From positions 22,134,001-22,198,000 of the forward strand of contig CM075980.1 in the NCBI GenBank assembly GCA_038087875.1: a stretch of 64,000 bases of DNA, given 5' to 3'. This document shows, piece by piece, positions 40,648-53,119 of the stretch. The notes below the pieces were generated by a model that saw only the letters and a program-made list of their open reading frames with translations, was not told the DNA's origin and did not search any database. A program made the translations under genes and the position numbers. Source of the DNA: Malacoraja senta (Eukaryota). Numbering within the stretch: position 1 is the stretch's first letter; each line of letters opens with the position of its first letter.

Positions 40648-42294
40648 CTAAAAAATAAAATTATCTTGTGTGAATGGTGTTTAAAGTTTTAACGAAACGT
40701 GTTATACAAAAATCCCTAAAATGAATTTAAACCCACCTTTCACGTGGATGGCGCAAATTAATTAAGGTTATGCAGATAAATTTAGAAAAATAGATGGTTG
40801 AAAGTTTTCATGCAAAATTAAGTAATTTAACCATTTCTGTGAAATTATGCTTTCACATTCCATATGATCACATTGAATGTTAGTCTCCATTGCTGTTATT
40901 AAACACTTAAAATTCTGCAGAAGCTCTGTACCGTTAAATAATTAGATTTCTAACGTGCTAGATCCAGCTTCATGCCAAACATGCCACTGATTCTTGTTGA
41001 ATTACAATAATTTACGTGGGGGTAACCATAAGATTCACAGACATGAAAAACTGCCAACAAGCCAACTCATCTTGTGAAATAAAAACATTAACTGTATAAT
41101 ATTAGATTAATTTGGACATTTTAAAATTCAAAGTATAATTTAACATTTTATAGATACATTTACATATTTTAATGCATTAAACCCCTCATCTGCCAGGTTC
41201 CTTCAGAACCACATGGACTCGTGCTCGATAACATGCCGAATGACCCTGGCACCAGTCTGGTGTCTTATCAAATAGTCAATCTTCAGTTAGGAACTGTGAT
41301 GCCAAACTGTGATGCCATCAATCGAACCATAAGCACAAGAACTCACATCTGCCCATAACCTGCTGTGTACATTCTCACAACTACATTCAAAATTAACCAA
41401 AAGTCATTGAATAGGAGTTATAAGCGAGAAGGGAATAATAATCATCTATTCTTTTACTTCCAATCTATGATTGGAACAGCTTGCTGTTGTGAAGCATCTT
41501 AGGAAATATTTAACAGAGTAAAGAAATTTCAAGTCACTACATTGAGGTATAGCAGTTCTTGTGAATAATATCGAGACATTGGTACTCCGTAAATAGATTT
41601 AAAAATTTTGTTCTCTATTCCTGAGCTAAATAAGATGCTATTCATACCCTGGCCATGATTTGCAAACTTTAAAGTTTATTATCAAACCTCCAAGTTCCGA
41701 ACACCAAGTGCAATGCAAGCACTCGTGCGATTGTTTAAATATTTCCACCCAATAATTTCAAATTGTTTCTGCTTTACTTGATGTTAGGCTGTTGGCAGTA
41801 AACTATGGTTTCTCTGTGGATAAGTATGAAGTATTAAGATTTTTTAAATAACTGCACTATATAAAACATAAAATTGTAACACTGAGAAAGAAATTTGAAG
41901 ATAATTATATGTTAAATTTGGAGAAATGTAAAATAGTCCCACCAATAAACTAAAATAGGAATAAAATTGGATTAAAGCACTACTTTGACATATCAATTAA
42001 ACTTAAACATCCAATTTATCCACACGCTTCATTAACTTTTCGGCACGTAATGTTGATTATGGCAAAATGAGAAGCGTTTTTTTTAAAGATGAATAGAATT
42101 ATGTGCAAAATCCCACACCAATTATTGTAGAGACAAGCCACAAAAATCATTTCCCAGAATTAATATATTCTAAAGTAGTTATTGTTATAACGGTGATTTT
42201 AAAAGATACAACACCAAACCTGTTATTGCACTCATTAGTAAAAAAAATGTGCCCATAACTTTCTGAATTTTATCTAAATGCTTATAATTGGTAC

Positions 42295-44568
42295 CTCGAT
42301 CTTCTCTGATAAAGTAATATTCTGATGAACCTGGAGATCTTTTAATTTGGAAGCAAGTTTCTCTTCATGTTTCAGCAATTCTTCCTTGTCACACATTAGC
42401 TGCTGCAGGGTTGCTTCAATTTCTCCATTGTCTTGAGCAGAAAGAGCAGCTTCTTTCTGTAACTTGCAGAGGGACTCTGTTAGCTCGCCATTCTCCTTCA
42501 CTAGCTCTTCTTTTTCTGTCTGAAGTTTTAGCACTGTTGCCAGCAAATTATCATTTTCTCCCTGCAGCTTCACTTGATCCACGTCAGAAATCTCCTGACA
42601 ACTGCGAAGTCCGTCCAAGAATTTCAAAAGATTTGATTCTGAAGCCTGGAGCTCTACTTTTTCTTTGCTCAATGTATCAACCTTCTTCTTCAGCTCTTCA
42701 ATGGTGGACATTAGGTAATTCTTCTCAGCTACTTGATCTTCCTTCTCACCAGCAAACTTCTTTTGTTCAGCCTGAAATCTCTCTTTTTCTTTTATTAACA
42801 CATTATTTTCTGAAAGCAATTCGTCATGCTTAGCTTTAAGAACACCCATTTCATTTGTCAATACGTAGACATTATTTTCAAGTTCTGCATGAGCCTCATT
42901 CAGAGCCTCTTTTTCCATTTTTGCTGCATCTCTTTCTTGTATCAGTTGGTTCTCAAGTACTCTCACTTGTTCATTCAGTACATTGTCCTTTTCCTCTAAT
43001 TTCACCCTCTGCCAAGTAAGATGCTCCTTTTCAGAGGACTGTGCCTCAAGTTCAGCTACCAGCTTTTCCTTTTCTTGTAACAAGGAATGTCTCTCTAAAT
43101 CCACAATATTTTTGCTCTTCTGAATTTCATCCAAATATGTGGTGAGTCTTGAATTTGAGGCTTGGAGTTCTTCATTTACTTTGGCGGACTCGTCAAGCTT
43201 TTGCGTTAAAAGCTCAACGTTGTCGAAGAGCTGATCTTTTTCTGTAACTGTGTATTCAATTTCAGAGATGAGTTGCTGTTGGCTCAATTTAAATTCGACT
43301 ATCTCACCCGAGAGAGATTCATTTTCTGCCGTTTGCATGTTGCTTTTTGATTCCAAGGTTGCCTTCTCCTTTTGTAACAAGTCACATTGGGTTTCTAGCT
43401 GCGACTGCTTCAGCCAAAGCAAATCTTTCTCAGATTTCAGGGCATCTCTCTCTTCATTTAGCTGCTTTGCCTCCTCAATGGATTTCTGCAGCTTTGCAGT
43501 CAGTTCCATCTTTTCCTTAGCTAGTTCATCCCTTTCTACAGTTAGTTGTCTCAGAGATGTTGTTAGCTCTTCCTTCTCCTGGAGCAGTTGAACACGTTCA
43601 GAATCTGTTACCTCCCTGCTATTCTTAATCTCATCCAAGAGTTTTGACTGGCTAGATTTTGAAGCCTGGAGCTCTGCATTTTCCTTCATGTATTTTTCCA
43701 GCTCATTCTTCAATTGATCATGACTACTCTGCAGCTGATCTTTTGAGATAATGAAAGATTTCTTTTCAAGGATAGTCTTCTGCAAACTTGAACTAAGATC
43801 ATCTTTTTCTTTTGTAAGAGTTTCATTTTTAGATATCACCTCATCATGTGCCGATTTCAGCAGAATTTTCTCCTTTGTTAAAGTTTCATATTGTGCTTCA
43901 AGCTTTGAGCATTTCAATAGAGTAGAATCTTTTTCCACTATCAGCACATCTCTTTCTTTCACCAGCTTTTCCAGAGCAACTGATGTTTCTTCATGAAACT
44001 TGTGAAAATTTTCGCTAATTCTGTCTTTTTCTTTTGCAAGTTCCTCTCTTTCTGCAATCATTTCCCCGTGGGCCGATAACAACTCCTCCTTTTTATGACG
44101 CAGCTGGGCTAGTTCACTTTCAGCAGCTTTGCTTTTTATCTGAATATTGTCTAGCTGTTTACTCAGGTCCGACTGCGAGGCTTGGCGATCCTCATTTTCT
44201 TTGGTTAACTTTTCCAGGAGCTGCTGCAAATGTTTGGCTTCTAAGGAAAGGTCATCTTTTTCAGTGACCAAAGCGTCCTTTTCCAGACAAAGTTGTTGCT
44301 GAGTACCCTCGAGATCCTGCCTCTCTTTTAAAAGTGCTGTTCTTTCCAACTGGAGATCCTCATTCTTTGATTCTAACACTTGCTGCTCTGTCTGCAGGGA
44401 GGTACACTGTAACTTCACTTCTGAAAGTTCAGAAAATAAGGACTCTTTCTCGGATTTTAGTGCACCGTTTTGCTGGATCATCTGTTCTTTATCTCCCTTC
44501 AAAGCTCTCACATCCTCTGCTATTTGCTCATACTGAGATTTGGCTGATGCTAGCTCACTGGTTAAAGA
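42295..44568 (-). CDS. CLIP1: CLIP1 giant cassette exon (2274 nt, 758 aa repetitive coiled coil)
   Basis: Uninterrupted E/K/L/Q-rich frame. Acceptor AG at 44570-44569 follows a long pyrimidine tract, with an in-frame TAA just upstream. Donor GAG|gtacca. Phase 0-0, between two exons that are adjacent in canonical CLIP-170. Confidence 0.85.
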
Positions 44569-45699
44569 CTTCAGAATTTAAGTGGGGGGAGGGAAAAAAA
44601 GGCAAAAACAAAACATAGTCAAGCAGACAAATGGAAACAGCATGGATTAAAGACAATACAAAGGAAAAGCGTGCTGCTCAAACTTAAAAAAAGAAAAACA
44701 TAGAGCAGTGTTTGGATTTCTCAGCAGACTTGAGGAATATTAAATCATAATTAATCATAAATCAATATTAAAAATGCATAACTAAAAGGTCTACCAAACC
44801 TTTCCTAAGCAACTCAGACCATAAACTGTTAAATAACTAAGTAAAATGTTGTCATTTCGAATAAAATAGTTAAAGATGCAGGACATCAAATGAATGACCA
44901 AACTTTGGAACATAGAACAGTACAGCATGGGAACAGGCCCTTCGGCCCTCAATGTCTGTGCCAGACATGGTAGCACCCAAAATTAGTGGCTTCAGTTGTC
45001 AGGTGTAAACGCAAACTCTGTTCCTTATTTTCAGTTGGAAGCAATTTATGCTCATCCACGACTATCAGAAAAGCAGGCAGGTAATTTATTGTGAGAGAAG
45101 GGTTGCCAAAATGGTGACGCAAGAATGATAGTGTCATCATGAAACTGAAAAGAATGCATTATAATTATGTTAATTATGTCAATGGGGAAAAGGGGGGTTT
45201 GAGGCGAGGGAGTTTCAGATTTGCAATAACAAAGTTATTTTTCCCCCTGCAGGAGTTTCCAAATAAATTGGTCTTTATAATGATTAGAGATTTATTTTTG
45301 TTACTACAAGCTGAAAATACCAAAGACTATGTTACATTGCCTAATAGAGTCATATTGCACCAGTGTCAAATAGAAACAATAGTTTGTAACTGGATGAATA
45401 TAGCAGCTGTGTTCTGAGGGGACAATATTTCTGATTTCTGCAGCGATATGTTTTGTCTCTGAAGAATGTGGAGAAAGGATGTTTTGGGTTGGGACCCTTC
45501 TTCAGATGTTCTACCTGATCCACTGAATACCCCAGCATTTTGTATCTTTTTTTTGTAAACCAGGGTCTGCAGTTCCTTATATTAAACTTTATTATCAATT
45601 AGGCTTGCATAATACAAATAATGTTCCCTAATTCATCGATCGTGTTATTGACGTTTGCAATTTGCATAGCTGAACAACCTGTACTGTGTTTTAAGGTCA

Positions 45700-46230
45700 T
45701 AAGTTATAGTAGAATTATGCCATTTGGACCATCAAGTCCACTCTGCCATTTAATCATGGCTGATCTATTTCTCCCTCCTAACCCCATTCTCCTGCCATCT
45801 CCCCATGACCCCTGACACCCATACTAATCAAGAATCTATCTATTCCTGCCTTAAAAAAATCCATTGATGGCCTTCACAGTCTTCTGTGGCAAAGATTTCC
45901 ACCAATTCATACCCTCTGACTTTCCTCCTCATCTCCTTCCCAAAGGAACATCCTTTAATTCTGAGGCTATGACCTCTCGTCCTAGACTCTCCCACCTGTG
46001 GAAACATCCTCTCCACATCCACTCTATCCAAGCCTTTCACTATTCGGTATGTTTCAATGAGGCCCCCCCTCATTCATCTAAACTCCAGCGAGTACAGGCC
46101 CAGGGCGATCAAACGTTCATCATATGTTAACTCACTCATTCCTGGGATCATTCTTGTAAACCTCCTCTGGACTCTCCCCAGGGCCAGCACATCCTTCCTC
46201 AGATATGGTGCCAAACATTGCTCACAATTT
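45700..46230 (-). mobile_element. CR1 LINE 3' fragment
   Basis: PYLRKDVLALGRVQRRFTRMIPG...LGLYSLEFR / MRGGLIETY...ESRTRGHSL. Confidence 0.85.
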
Positions 46231-47475
46231 TCTCTATTAGAAGCAATTAACAAGATGTTGGCTCCAACAGATATACCTTGCAAATCACAGTAATATATTC
46301 AGATTTGCCACTATTTAGTGGGGTACTGCAGCCATGCTACTGAACAATACATTCTTAGAAAAAATAATAAAAAAACACTTATTTGCATTTATTGCTAGTA
46401 GTTTCATCAGGGAGGAGAGTTGTTGGGGACAGTCACCTTTGAGTTTTTAATCAACAAAAACAAAACAAATTTTAAAAAAATGGGTACAATAACAGACTAA
46501 ACACAGCATCAGGCTAAAATATGAATAAACGTTTTGATGCATTGATGCTTTCAAATGCTTACAGCTAATCTAATTTTGTGTCTAACATGAAAATGCCATT
46601 AGAAAGTACAATAATTCTATAAAAGTATGTGCTTCTGATAAATCATCTGAGAATCCCAAACACTTTATCGTTGTGCCAATTGACAGTTTTTCTTGTTTTC
46701 TGCAAGAGCATAGTAAACACTGAGGATTATTATAAAATGATGAATGGAAAATGAAAGTAAGAAATAAAACCACAGGATACAGATGAACAGCCAACCAAAA
46801 AGGACTGGCTGTTACAATACAAACTATTGCTGTTACAAATGAAAGTTTACTAAACATAAGCGCTAACATTAGCATATTAAACAAAATAAAAAAGTAGCTA
46901 ACATATTTACTATAAAAATGTAAATGTTTACTACTTTTCCTAACCCAAATGCAAATGCATAATTTGTGAAAGGCAAAGCAGAGTTGATCAAAGATATTTA
47001 TTATCTGTGCTTTTGGCAACTTATTGTAATCCTCCAAAATTGTCAACTCTCAAGCAGCGCGAGCACTAACTCACACAATTACAATATTTAAATAGGAAAT
47101 GTCTATGACTTGCGTACGATACAAGACTTTCTTTGACACTAGTAACCTGTTGCTGCGTAGAAGGTGCAATTGAAATTGCCCCAAAAATCCAAATGTGGAA
47201 TATAGAAATTATTCTACATGATACCATTGAAATGTTTAATGTAAAAATATATAATTCCACAAGTACACTATCAATGGACAGTACAAAATTTAAACACGGG
47301 TGGTTTTTTCTCTCCAATAAAGAACCCATCAAATCTTGGATGCAGACAAAAAGATAATTCATTGCACCACATCAATCTTGAATGGATCGTCTGCATAATT
47401 TCTTTGATTCCAAATAAAGTGGCTTCAAAAATAGAGTACCTCTGAACTACTTAAATATAAAAACTGCAGGAATAC

Positions 47476-47691
47476 CTGGACCTGTTCCATTTGCTTCTGT
47501 AGTTCTTCTACAAGTTTTTCTCTTTGATTACTTTTCTCTTGAGAGATCTTCAGTGCTTCTTTGGTTTCCTGCAACCTTGTCTTGAGGTCCTTCACTAAAG
47601 TATCACGGTTTACATTTATTTCTGAAACTACTTTCTCATGGTTGCTTTGCAGTTCCTTAGTGTGTGCACTGTGCATTTCCAGCTGCTGCTG
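47476..47691 (-). CDS. CLIP1: CLIP1 exon (216 nt; tandem CAG acceptors)
   Basis: QQQLEMHSAHTKELQSNHEK...LVEELQKQMEQVQ. Acceptor ccacag, donor gtattc, phase 0-0. Confidence 0.88.
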
Positions 47692-47895
47692 CTGTGGGAA
47701 TCAACAAACAAATAAAGTCAGTTTTGTAACTTTCACCCTCATAAAAATATCAAAATCCTCACCTTTTCCAAGTCATCCAAAATAACATGTCCAGATAAGT
47801 AAAGGAACTTTATTATTTTAAATGTTTAAAAAAAAACAGTTGAGAAGGGAAATTTAAGCATAAAACTATGATTTAAAACTACTGGCAAATACGGT

Positions 47896-48881
47896 ATATA
47901 TATATATATATATATATAATACGAAAACTCTCATCTTGTTTGTTTGTATGCGTGCATGCGTGTGCGTGAGTTCCTGAAACTCCGCCAAAACGGTACACGA
48001 TAGCCCTACCCTTACTCACCATTGCCCTGGCTTGTGTAGTACCAAGTTTCGTTCAGATTGATGTTATATTTTACAAGTTATTGACATTTTAAACTTAAAA
48101 TAACTTAAAACAGCGACCCCACTTGCCGGCCACGCCTGCGCAGTTGGGGGAGGCCAGTCAGCCCCGCGAGTGCGCAGTGGGCCTGGTATCCGCGCTGTGG
48201 TGGGTCCGGGGGCGGGGAGAGTACAACTTCATCGCCGACGTGGTGGACAAAACGGGGCCAGCGGTGGTTTACATCGAGATCCTGGGGAGGTGAGGAGGGT
48301 GAGTGGGGAGATTGAGGCAGAGGAGGGGGTAGGGAGGAGAGGAAGGGGAAAGTGGGGGAGGTGAGGAGGGAGAGTGGGGGAGGAGGGGGGGTAGAGAGGG
48401 GGTAGTGGGGGAGATAGGGAGTGGGGGATAGAGGGAGAGGGCAGTGGGGGAGGTGAGGAGGGAGAGTGGGGTGGTGTGGGATAGGGGGAGGTGATGAGTG
48501 GGGAGGAGGGGGGTAGAGGGAGAGGAGGGGAGATGGGAGGGGAGGGGTTATGGAGGGAGGGAGTGACTGAGGGTAGGGGAAAGGAGAGGCAGAGGTGAGG
48601 GAGGGAGTGGGGGAGGGGAGGCGGAGAGAGAAAAGAGGGAGGGTGAAGAGGAGGGGGGAAGTGCTGGGGATGAGGGGGAATGGAGGAGGATAGCAGTAGG
48701 AAGAGGAATAGCGAGGTAATGGAGGTGGGGAGGGGGAAGATATGTTCACATTGATCTTATTTTTTACATTGCCATTTTAAACTTTAAAAATGTCTGCCGT
48801 GCCTGTGCAGTTGGGGGCTATGGGTGAGTGGTGGAATATTGCATTGGGGGAGCGGGGCCCAACGGGTCCCACTTGATCTAG
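47896..48881 (+). mobile_element. Non-autonomous Helitron-like element with internal G/A-rich tract
   Basis: 3' hairpin GGGGCCC-aac-GGGTCCC at 48854-48870, then 7 nt and CTAG|T. The 5' end is blurred in a (TA)n run followed by tgtt/tgcg microsatellite. No TSD seen. Confidence 0.65.
48283..48740. repeat. G/A-rich low-complexity tract
   Basis: About 450 bp of almost C-free ggggaggtgaggagggagagtgggg-like units. Confidence 0.95.
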
Positions 48882-48967
48882 TAGCTTTTTTAAATCAAGT
48901 AACACACTATATTCCTTTACAGGGGGGGAGGTTAAAATTCTGAGGCACACTGAGTAGTAGTTTGTAC

Positions 48968-49133
48968 CAGATCTGTTATTTTCTCCTGTAATGTTTGAAG
49001 CTCAGTCTGATTTTTGTTTTGCTGCTCTTCCTGCATCTGTTTTGCTTTATTTGTGGATTGCTCCAAATTTTCCTGTAAACAAGCGATCTTTTCATTGGAT
49101 TGATGAAGCAGATCTTGTAGTTCATCCAGCCTC
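48968..49133 (-). CDS. CLIP1: CLIP1 exon (166 nt)
   Basis: RLDELQDLLHQSNEKIACLQENLEQ...LQEKITDL. Acceptor atttag, donor gtacaa, phase 2 to 0. Confidence 0.9.
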
Positions 49134-49495
49134 CTAAATGATGGAGAAAAAAAACTTACTGGATTCATTCCCAAAATAACAACAGTAAAATACTGATAAT
49201 CCAAACAATAATAAAAGACAAAGTGCAATATGCAAACATCAGCACCTTTTCTATCCACATGCCAATTTGGTCCCACACATTATCAGTCTAAACTATGTAC
49301 AAATCTGAATGTGCAATTTATTTTCACTGCAATCCACATCTAAACCTAATTGTACTCTCCCCTCTTCAGGGCATTATAAACACAAAATAGTAATGCTTTA
49401 ACATCTAAACATTTTAACAAACATTAATAGACATTTTAAATCAAGAATGAATTATTGTTCAACACATAATATGAAACCCATTACACTCAAGGCAC

Positions 49496-49652
49496 CTTTC
49501 TTTGAGTTTCAGCTCTTCATTCATCTTTGTGAGTTGGGCAGAGTTGTCCCCTGAAGACTTCATCATCTCAGAGATGGTGTTTTCAAGTTTGGTTTTATCC
49601 TCCGAGAGTTGTTCAGCCCTTTCCTCGTCAATTTTAGTTCTTCTCTCCAGAG
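49496..49652 (-). CDS. CLIP1: CLIP1 exon (157 nt)
   Basis: ...[32 protein letters not shown], containing the conserved SGDNSxQLTKMN motif. Acceptor cttcag, donor gtgcct, phase 1 to 2. Confidence 0.94.
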
Positions 49653-50279
49653 CTGAAGAAAGAGAAATCCATCACTACAAAACTGTAAACAGCAACCATA
49701 ACACTAATAGGTTAAACTACTTATAGTTCATTTGCTCGTCTCCTTCATTCTTTATCTTTATCCACCTAAAGAAACACTTCCCTGTCTACTTTACCCACAC
49801 GTTTCACAATACAAAATATTTATTTCAGGATCTCTTTGTAACCTTATTTGATTCAAGTGGAACAAGCCCCGTTTCTAAATTATTTTTGTAATTAAAGTTA
49901 TCATCCCTAAAATCATTGTGGAAACCTCTTCTGTGCGTTCTTCAAAATCTTCCACGTTTTACCTGAAATGTGGCTCCCAGTATTAGACACAGTATTCCAG
50001 CTGTAACCAAAACAGTGCTTATAGGCTCACATCATTTCCTCCTTCTTATTGTTTATACCATTTGTCACAAAGCCCAGAATCCCATACTTTTAACCACATT
50101 CTCTATATATCTGTTATTATACCCCATGCCATTCTATGTTCAAAAAGCATTCAATAAAAATGAATGATAAACCTGCTTATTTGATTCACAATTAAACTCA
50201 ATCCAGAGCAACAATTTAAACATTGCACAAATAAACTCATTTGAAATTAAACTTTTTTACATTTTGGAAAATAACTTAC

Positions 50280-50363
50280 CAGAAAAATGAGATTTGAGCT
50301 CCACTACCTCAGAAGAAAGAGAAGAGGTTTGCTCTTCTTTCACAAGGAGCTTTGCAAGTGTTT
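50280..50363 (-). CDS. CLIP1: CLIP1 exon (84 nt)
   Basis: (E)TLAKLLVKEEQTSSLSSEVVELKSHFS. Acceptor aattag, donor gtaagt, phase 1-1. Confidence 0.88.
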
Positions 50364-51419
50364 CTAATTGAGAAAATATTTTAAAACGTAAAATTACAGG
50401 TTAACAATTTTAAATATTAATTTAGCCCAAAGTTTGGGGATTAAGCTTCAAATAGAATAATTGCAATTTAACCATACCAGAATTCCATTGACCATGGTGG
50501 TTAGTGATACTGGATGAGAATGTCTAGTTTCTGGAGCTCAACCAACCATTTCACTATGAGAGCCAATGGAATGAGACAATGGCATGCTAGTCAGCTGTAA
50601 GTCTCATGTAGCAATATCAGAAATAAACCTGACCATCGTGGCTAGATATTCCAGTAAGCACTGACAAAATATCAGCGTTTCCAAGTAAAGGATTAAAAAA
50701 AGCATACAACCCCATCAAAATCTGTGTCATTCTTTGATTCCACATTACGCAGCATATCTTCAAAATATTCAGCCTTTACAATCCAATCAAAATCCTTTGC
50801 AAAAGAATTTACAGACTGCAACCATGAGATGGGCCCAGAGTTCCACATTCACACTCACTCTTTTATAAATAGTTTTTCTTGTAAAAAAGGCTTCAATTTT
50901 GCTTTGAAAACTTTCGGTTGTTTTTTACAGTATTATTTGAGTGAATCTTACATGGACCGTTTGTTTAAAAAAAACTTTCTAGATATTTCTTACAAGAGAT
51001 TTAAAATGACAATATCTGCTGAAGATATTTGTAATATCAAACTTTCTAATAATCTATCTTTCTATCTGCTAAACGTCTATTTTCACTTCGGTAACTTTAT
51101 TTCTCATGCTGTCATCACTTTTTAATCTATACGAATGCATATTAAAGTCCCTCCATTTTACCCATTAAAATTCAACCATTCTTAGTGCATTTCATTACCC
51201 ACACTGGAGTCATCAATAAACCTATACAGTGTTCCAATGTCTTCCATATTTAGCTGTGTGCTATTTAGAATTATCACATTTTTCCTGTGTGCTATGCTTA
51301 CTTTTATCCCACTGTTTTTCTCCATGCCATATTCCTTTTAATTAATTCCATGCATCATTAGCTTTACTATACATGCGCTGCATCAGAGATGTCAATTAGT
51401 ATTACCAAACCTAAGTTAC

Positions 51420-51477
51420 CTTGTAAGGTCTCTTGCAATTTGTGTTGTGCATCAGATGCTCCATCAAATTGTTCTTT
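51420..51477 (-). CDS. CLIP1: CLIP1 exon (58 nt)
   Basis: KEQFDGASDAQHKLQETLQ. Acceptor ttgcag, donor gtaact, phase 0 to 1. Confidence 0.88.
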
Positions 51478-51630
51478 CTGCAAGTGCATGAAATACATTT
51501 GAAAGGTTTCAATAATCAATATATGCCAGAGCAATAAATAAATGGGATCCTCTCACTTATCAAGATCAGAGGAAAATAATAAAGGTTGCCAAGGTCTAAA
51601 AGCTACTTTATACGGCAATGTTTAAACTAA

Positions 51631-51715
51631 AGGTTTCGGCCCGAAATGTTGTCTATTTCCTTCGCTCCATAGATGCTGCTGCACCCGCTGAGTTTCTCCA
51701 GCATTTTTGTGTACC
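51631..51715 (+). mobile_element. 85-bp Penelope 3'-end insertion with 10-bp TSD
   Basis: Matches about 2537-2622; tttaaactaa at 51621-51630 and 51716-51725. Confidence 0.8.
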
Positions 51716-52144
51716 TTTAAACTAATCATGTTGTGATGATCTTAAGTTTTAATAACTTCTTGGTGAAAATAGATAGAACGTTCTTATCATCATCCACTTT
51801 TGTTTTTATCCTCTAGATAAGAGTCTCTCTCTCTAATACTCAACATCCCAAATTGACATTGTTAGCTACTTTTCATACCGAACAAGCATTTTAAGGCCCA
51901 AAACCAGTATATTTTTGAAAATCTTGTAGACAATGATAATTCTCTGTCACAACACACAAATTCGTTACACTTAAATTGTTGATTATTACTTGACCAGAAA
52001 GCAACAGGTAAAATTTGTCAGCTGGCACCAATCTGCAATTGTGAAGATTGACAGCAGAGCCAGTACCCACCTTAAGGAGAGTATCACATCTCTGCCTCAA
52101 TTAGACTTTGTATTACAGAACGTGATGTGCAACAAGTCACTTAC

Positions 52145-52261
52145 CATCGTCTGAAGTTGTTGCTCGAAATTTTGTTTCTCCTGGCTCACTAAAGTCAGAT
52201 TTTGCTTCAGATTAACAACTGACAGATCCTGCTCCTCCAGCTGTTTGGCCAAATCACTAAC
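52145..52261 (-). CDS. CLIP1: CLIP1 exon (117 nt)
   Basis: VSDLAKQLEEQDLSVVNLKQNLTLVSQEKQNFEQQLQTM. Acceptor tactag, donor gtaagt, phase 0-0. Confidence 0.9.
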
Positions 52262-53119
52262 CTAGTAACATGTTTGCAAGTTCGTTGCAAAAAAAAGTTA
52301 ATGGAATAAATGTGCTGAAACAATAGAAATCAAGAAAAACCTCAAAAATGATATAGATTTAAAGCTGCAATATCCAAAATAGCATTTTATATAAATCAAA
52401 TTTGAGAGACTAAACAAATGCATATGCCAAGTATAAAAGCATCAACAGAACATGCTTCTCCTGAAGGTTTATTTATGCATGATTCAGAAATAACAATATT
52501 TTCCTCTGCCTTAGCTCATTGGCAACAGCAGAATGTTGCTTAGAATTATATACTATGGAATTATATACTCGATTCAATAATTTTGCTAGCTGATCAACAT
52601 CGGCAATGATCATGAAACAGAGATCAGAAAGATTTTCCTGAATCTTGTTGCACAGAATTCCTGCTCACATGATATTGATAGTTTCCTTATTAAAGATCAA
52701 ATATAATGTTTATCTTGTATAGTGCAGCTTTAATTTACAAAATAAATGCAAATTGGAATTCTGGATAAATCAATAAATTACAAGCAAATATGTGGCATGA
52801 AACAATTTGACAATGGAGAGTCAGATGGTCGAAATGAAATGTGTGAACATTTTCTAATATTCCTGTTTATGTTCGAATTTAAAAAAAAATTCCAAGTGGA
52901 TGTAGTAAGTGGATGTTGCTTCTCCAATCAATGATAAGTATGAATGAAAATAAATTGGAAAAGTAGCTAACACAAAAGTGATCAATGATGTTAAATTTTA
53001 AACCTATAAAAGTAGCAAAATAAATGCTAGAAGTACAGAACATAACCGTAGAAGACTACAGATTCAATGTCACCAACAGATATATTGCAAACAGGAAAGG
53101 AGTTAATGAGAACTCTCAT

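Noticed and set aside
42274-44511. 745-aa ORF as an independent single-exon gene
   Set aside because: It starts at GTG, the frame extends upstream to a splice acceptor, and both boundaries are phase-compatible with the flanking CLIP1 exons.
42411-44618. Plus-strand ORFs over the giant exon
   Set aside because: These are S/F/L-rich antisense shadows of an E/K/Q-rich coding strand.
48105-48749. 214-aa proline-rich ORF
   Set aside because: It is the translation of a low-complexity C/T tract in a mobile element; stop codons are compositionally unlikely there.
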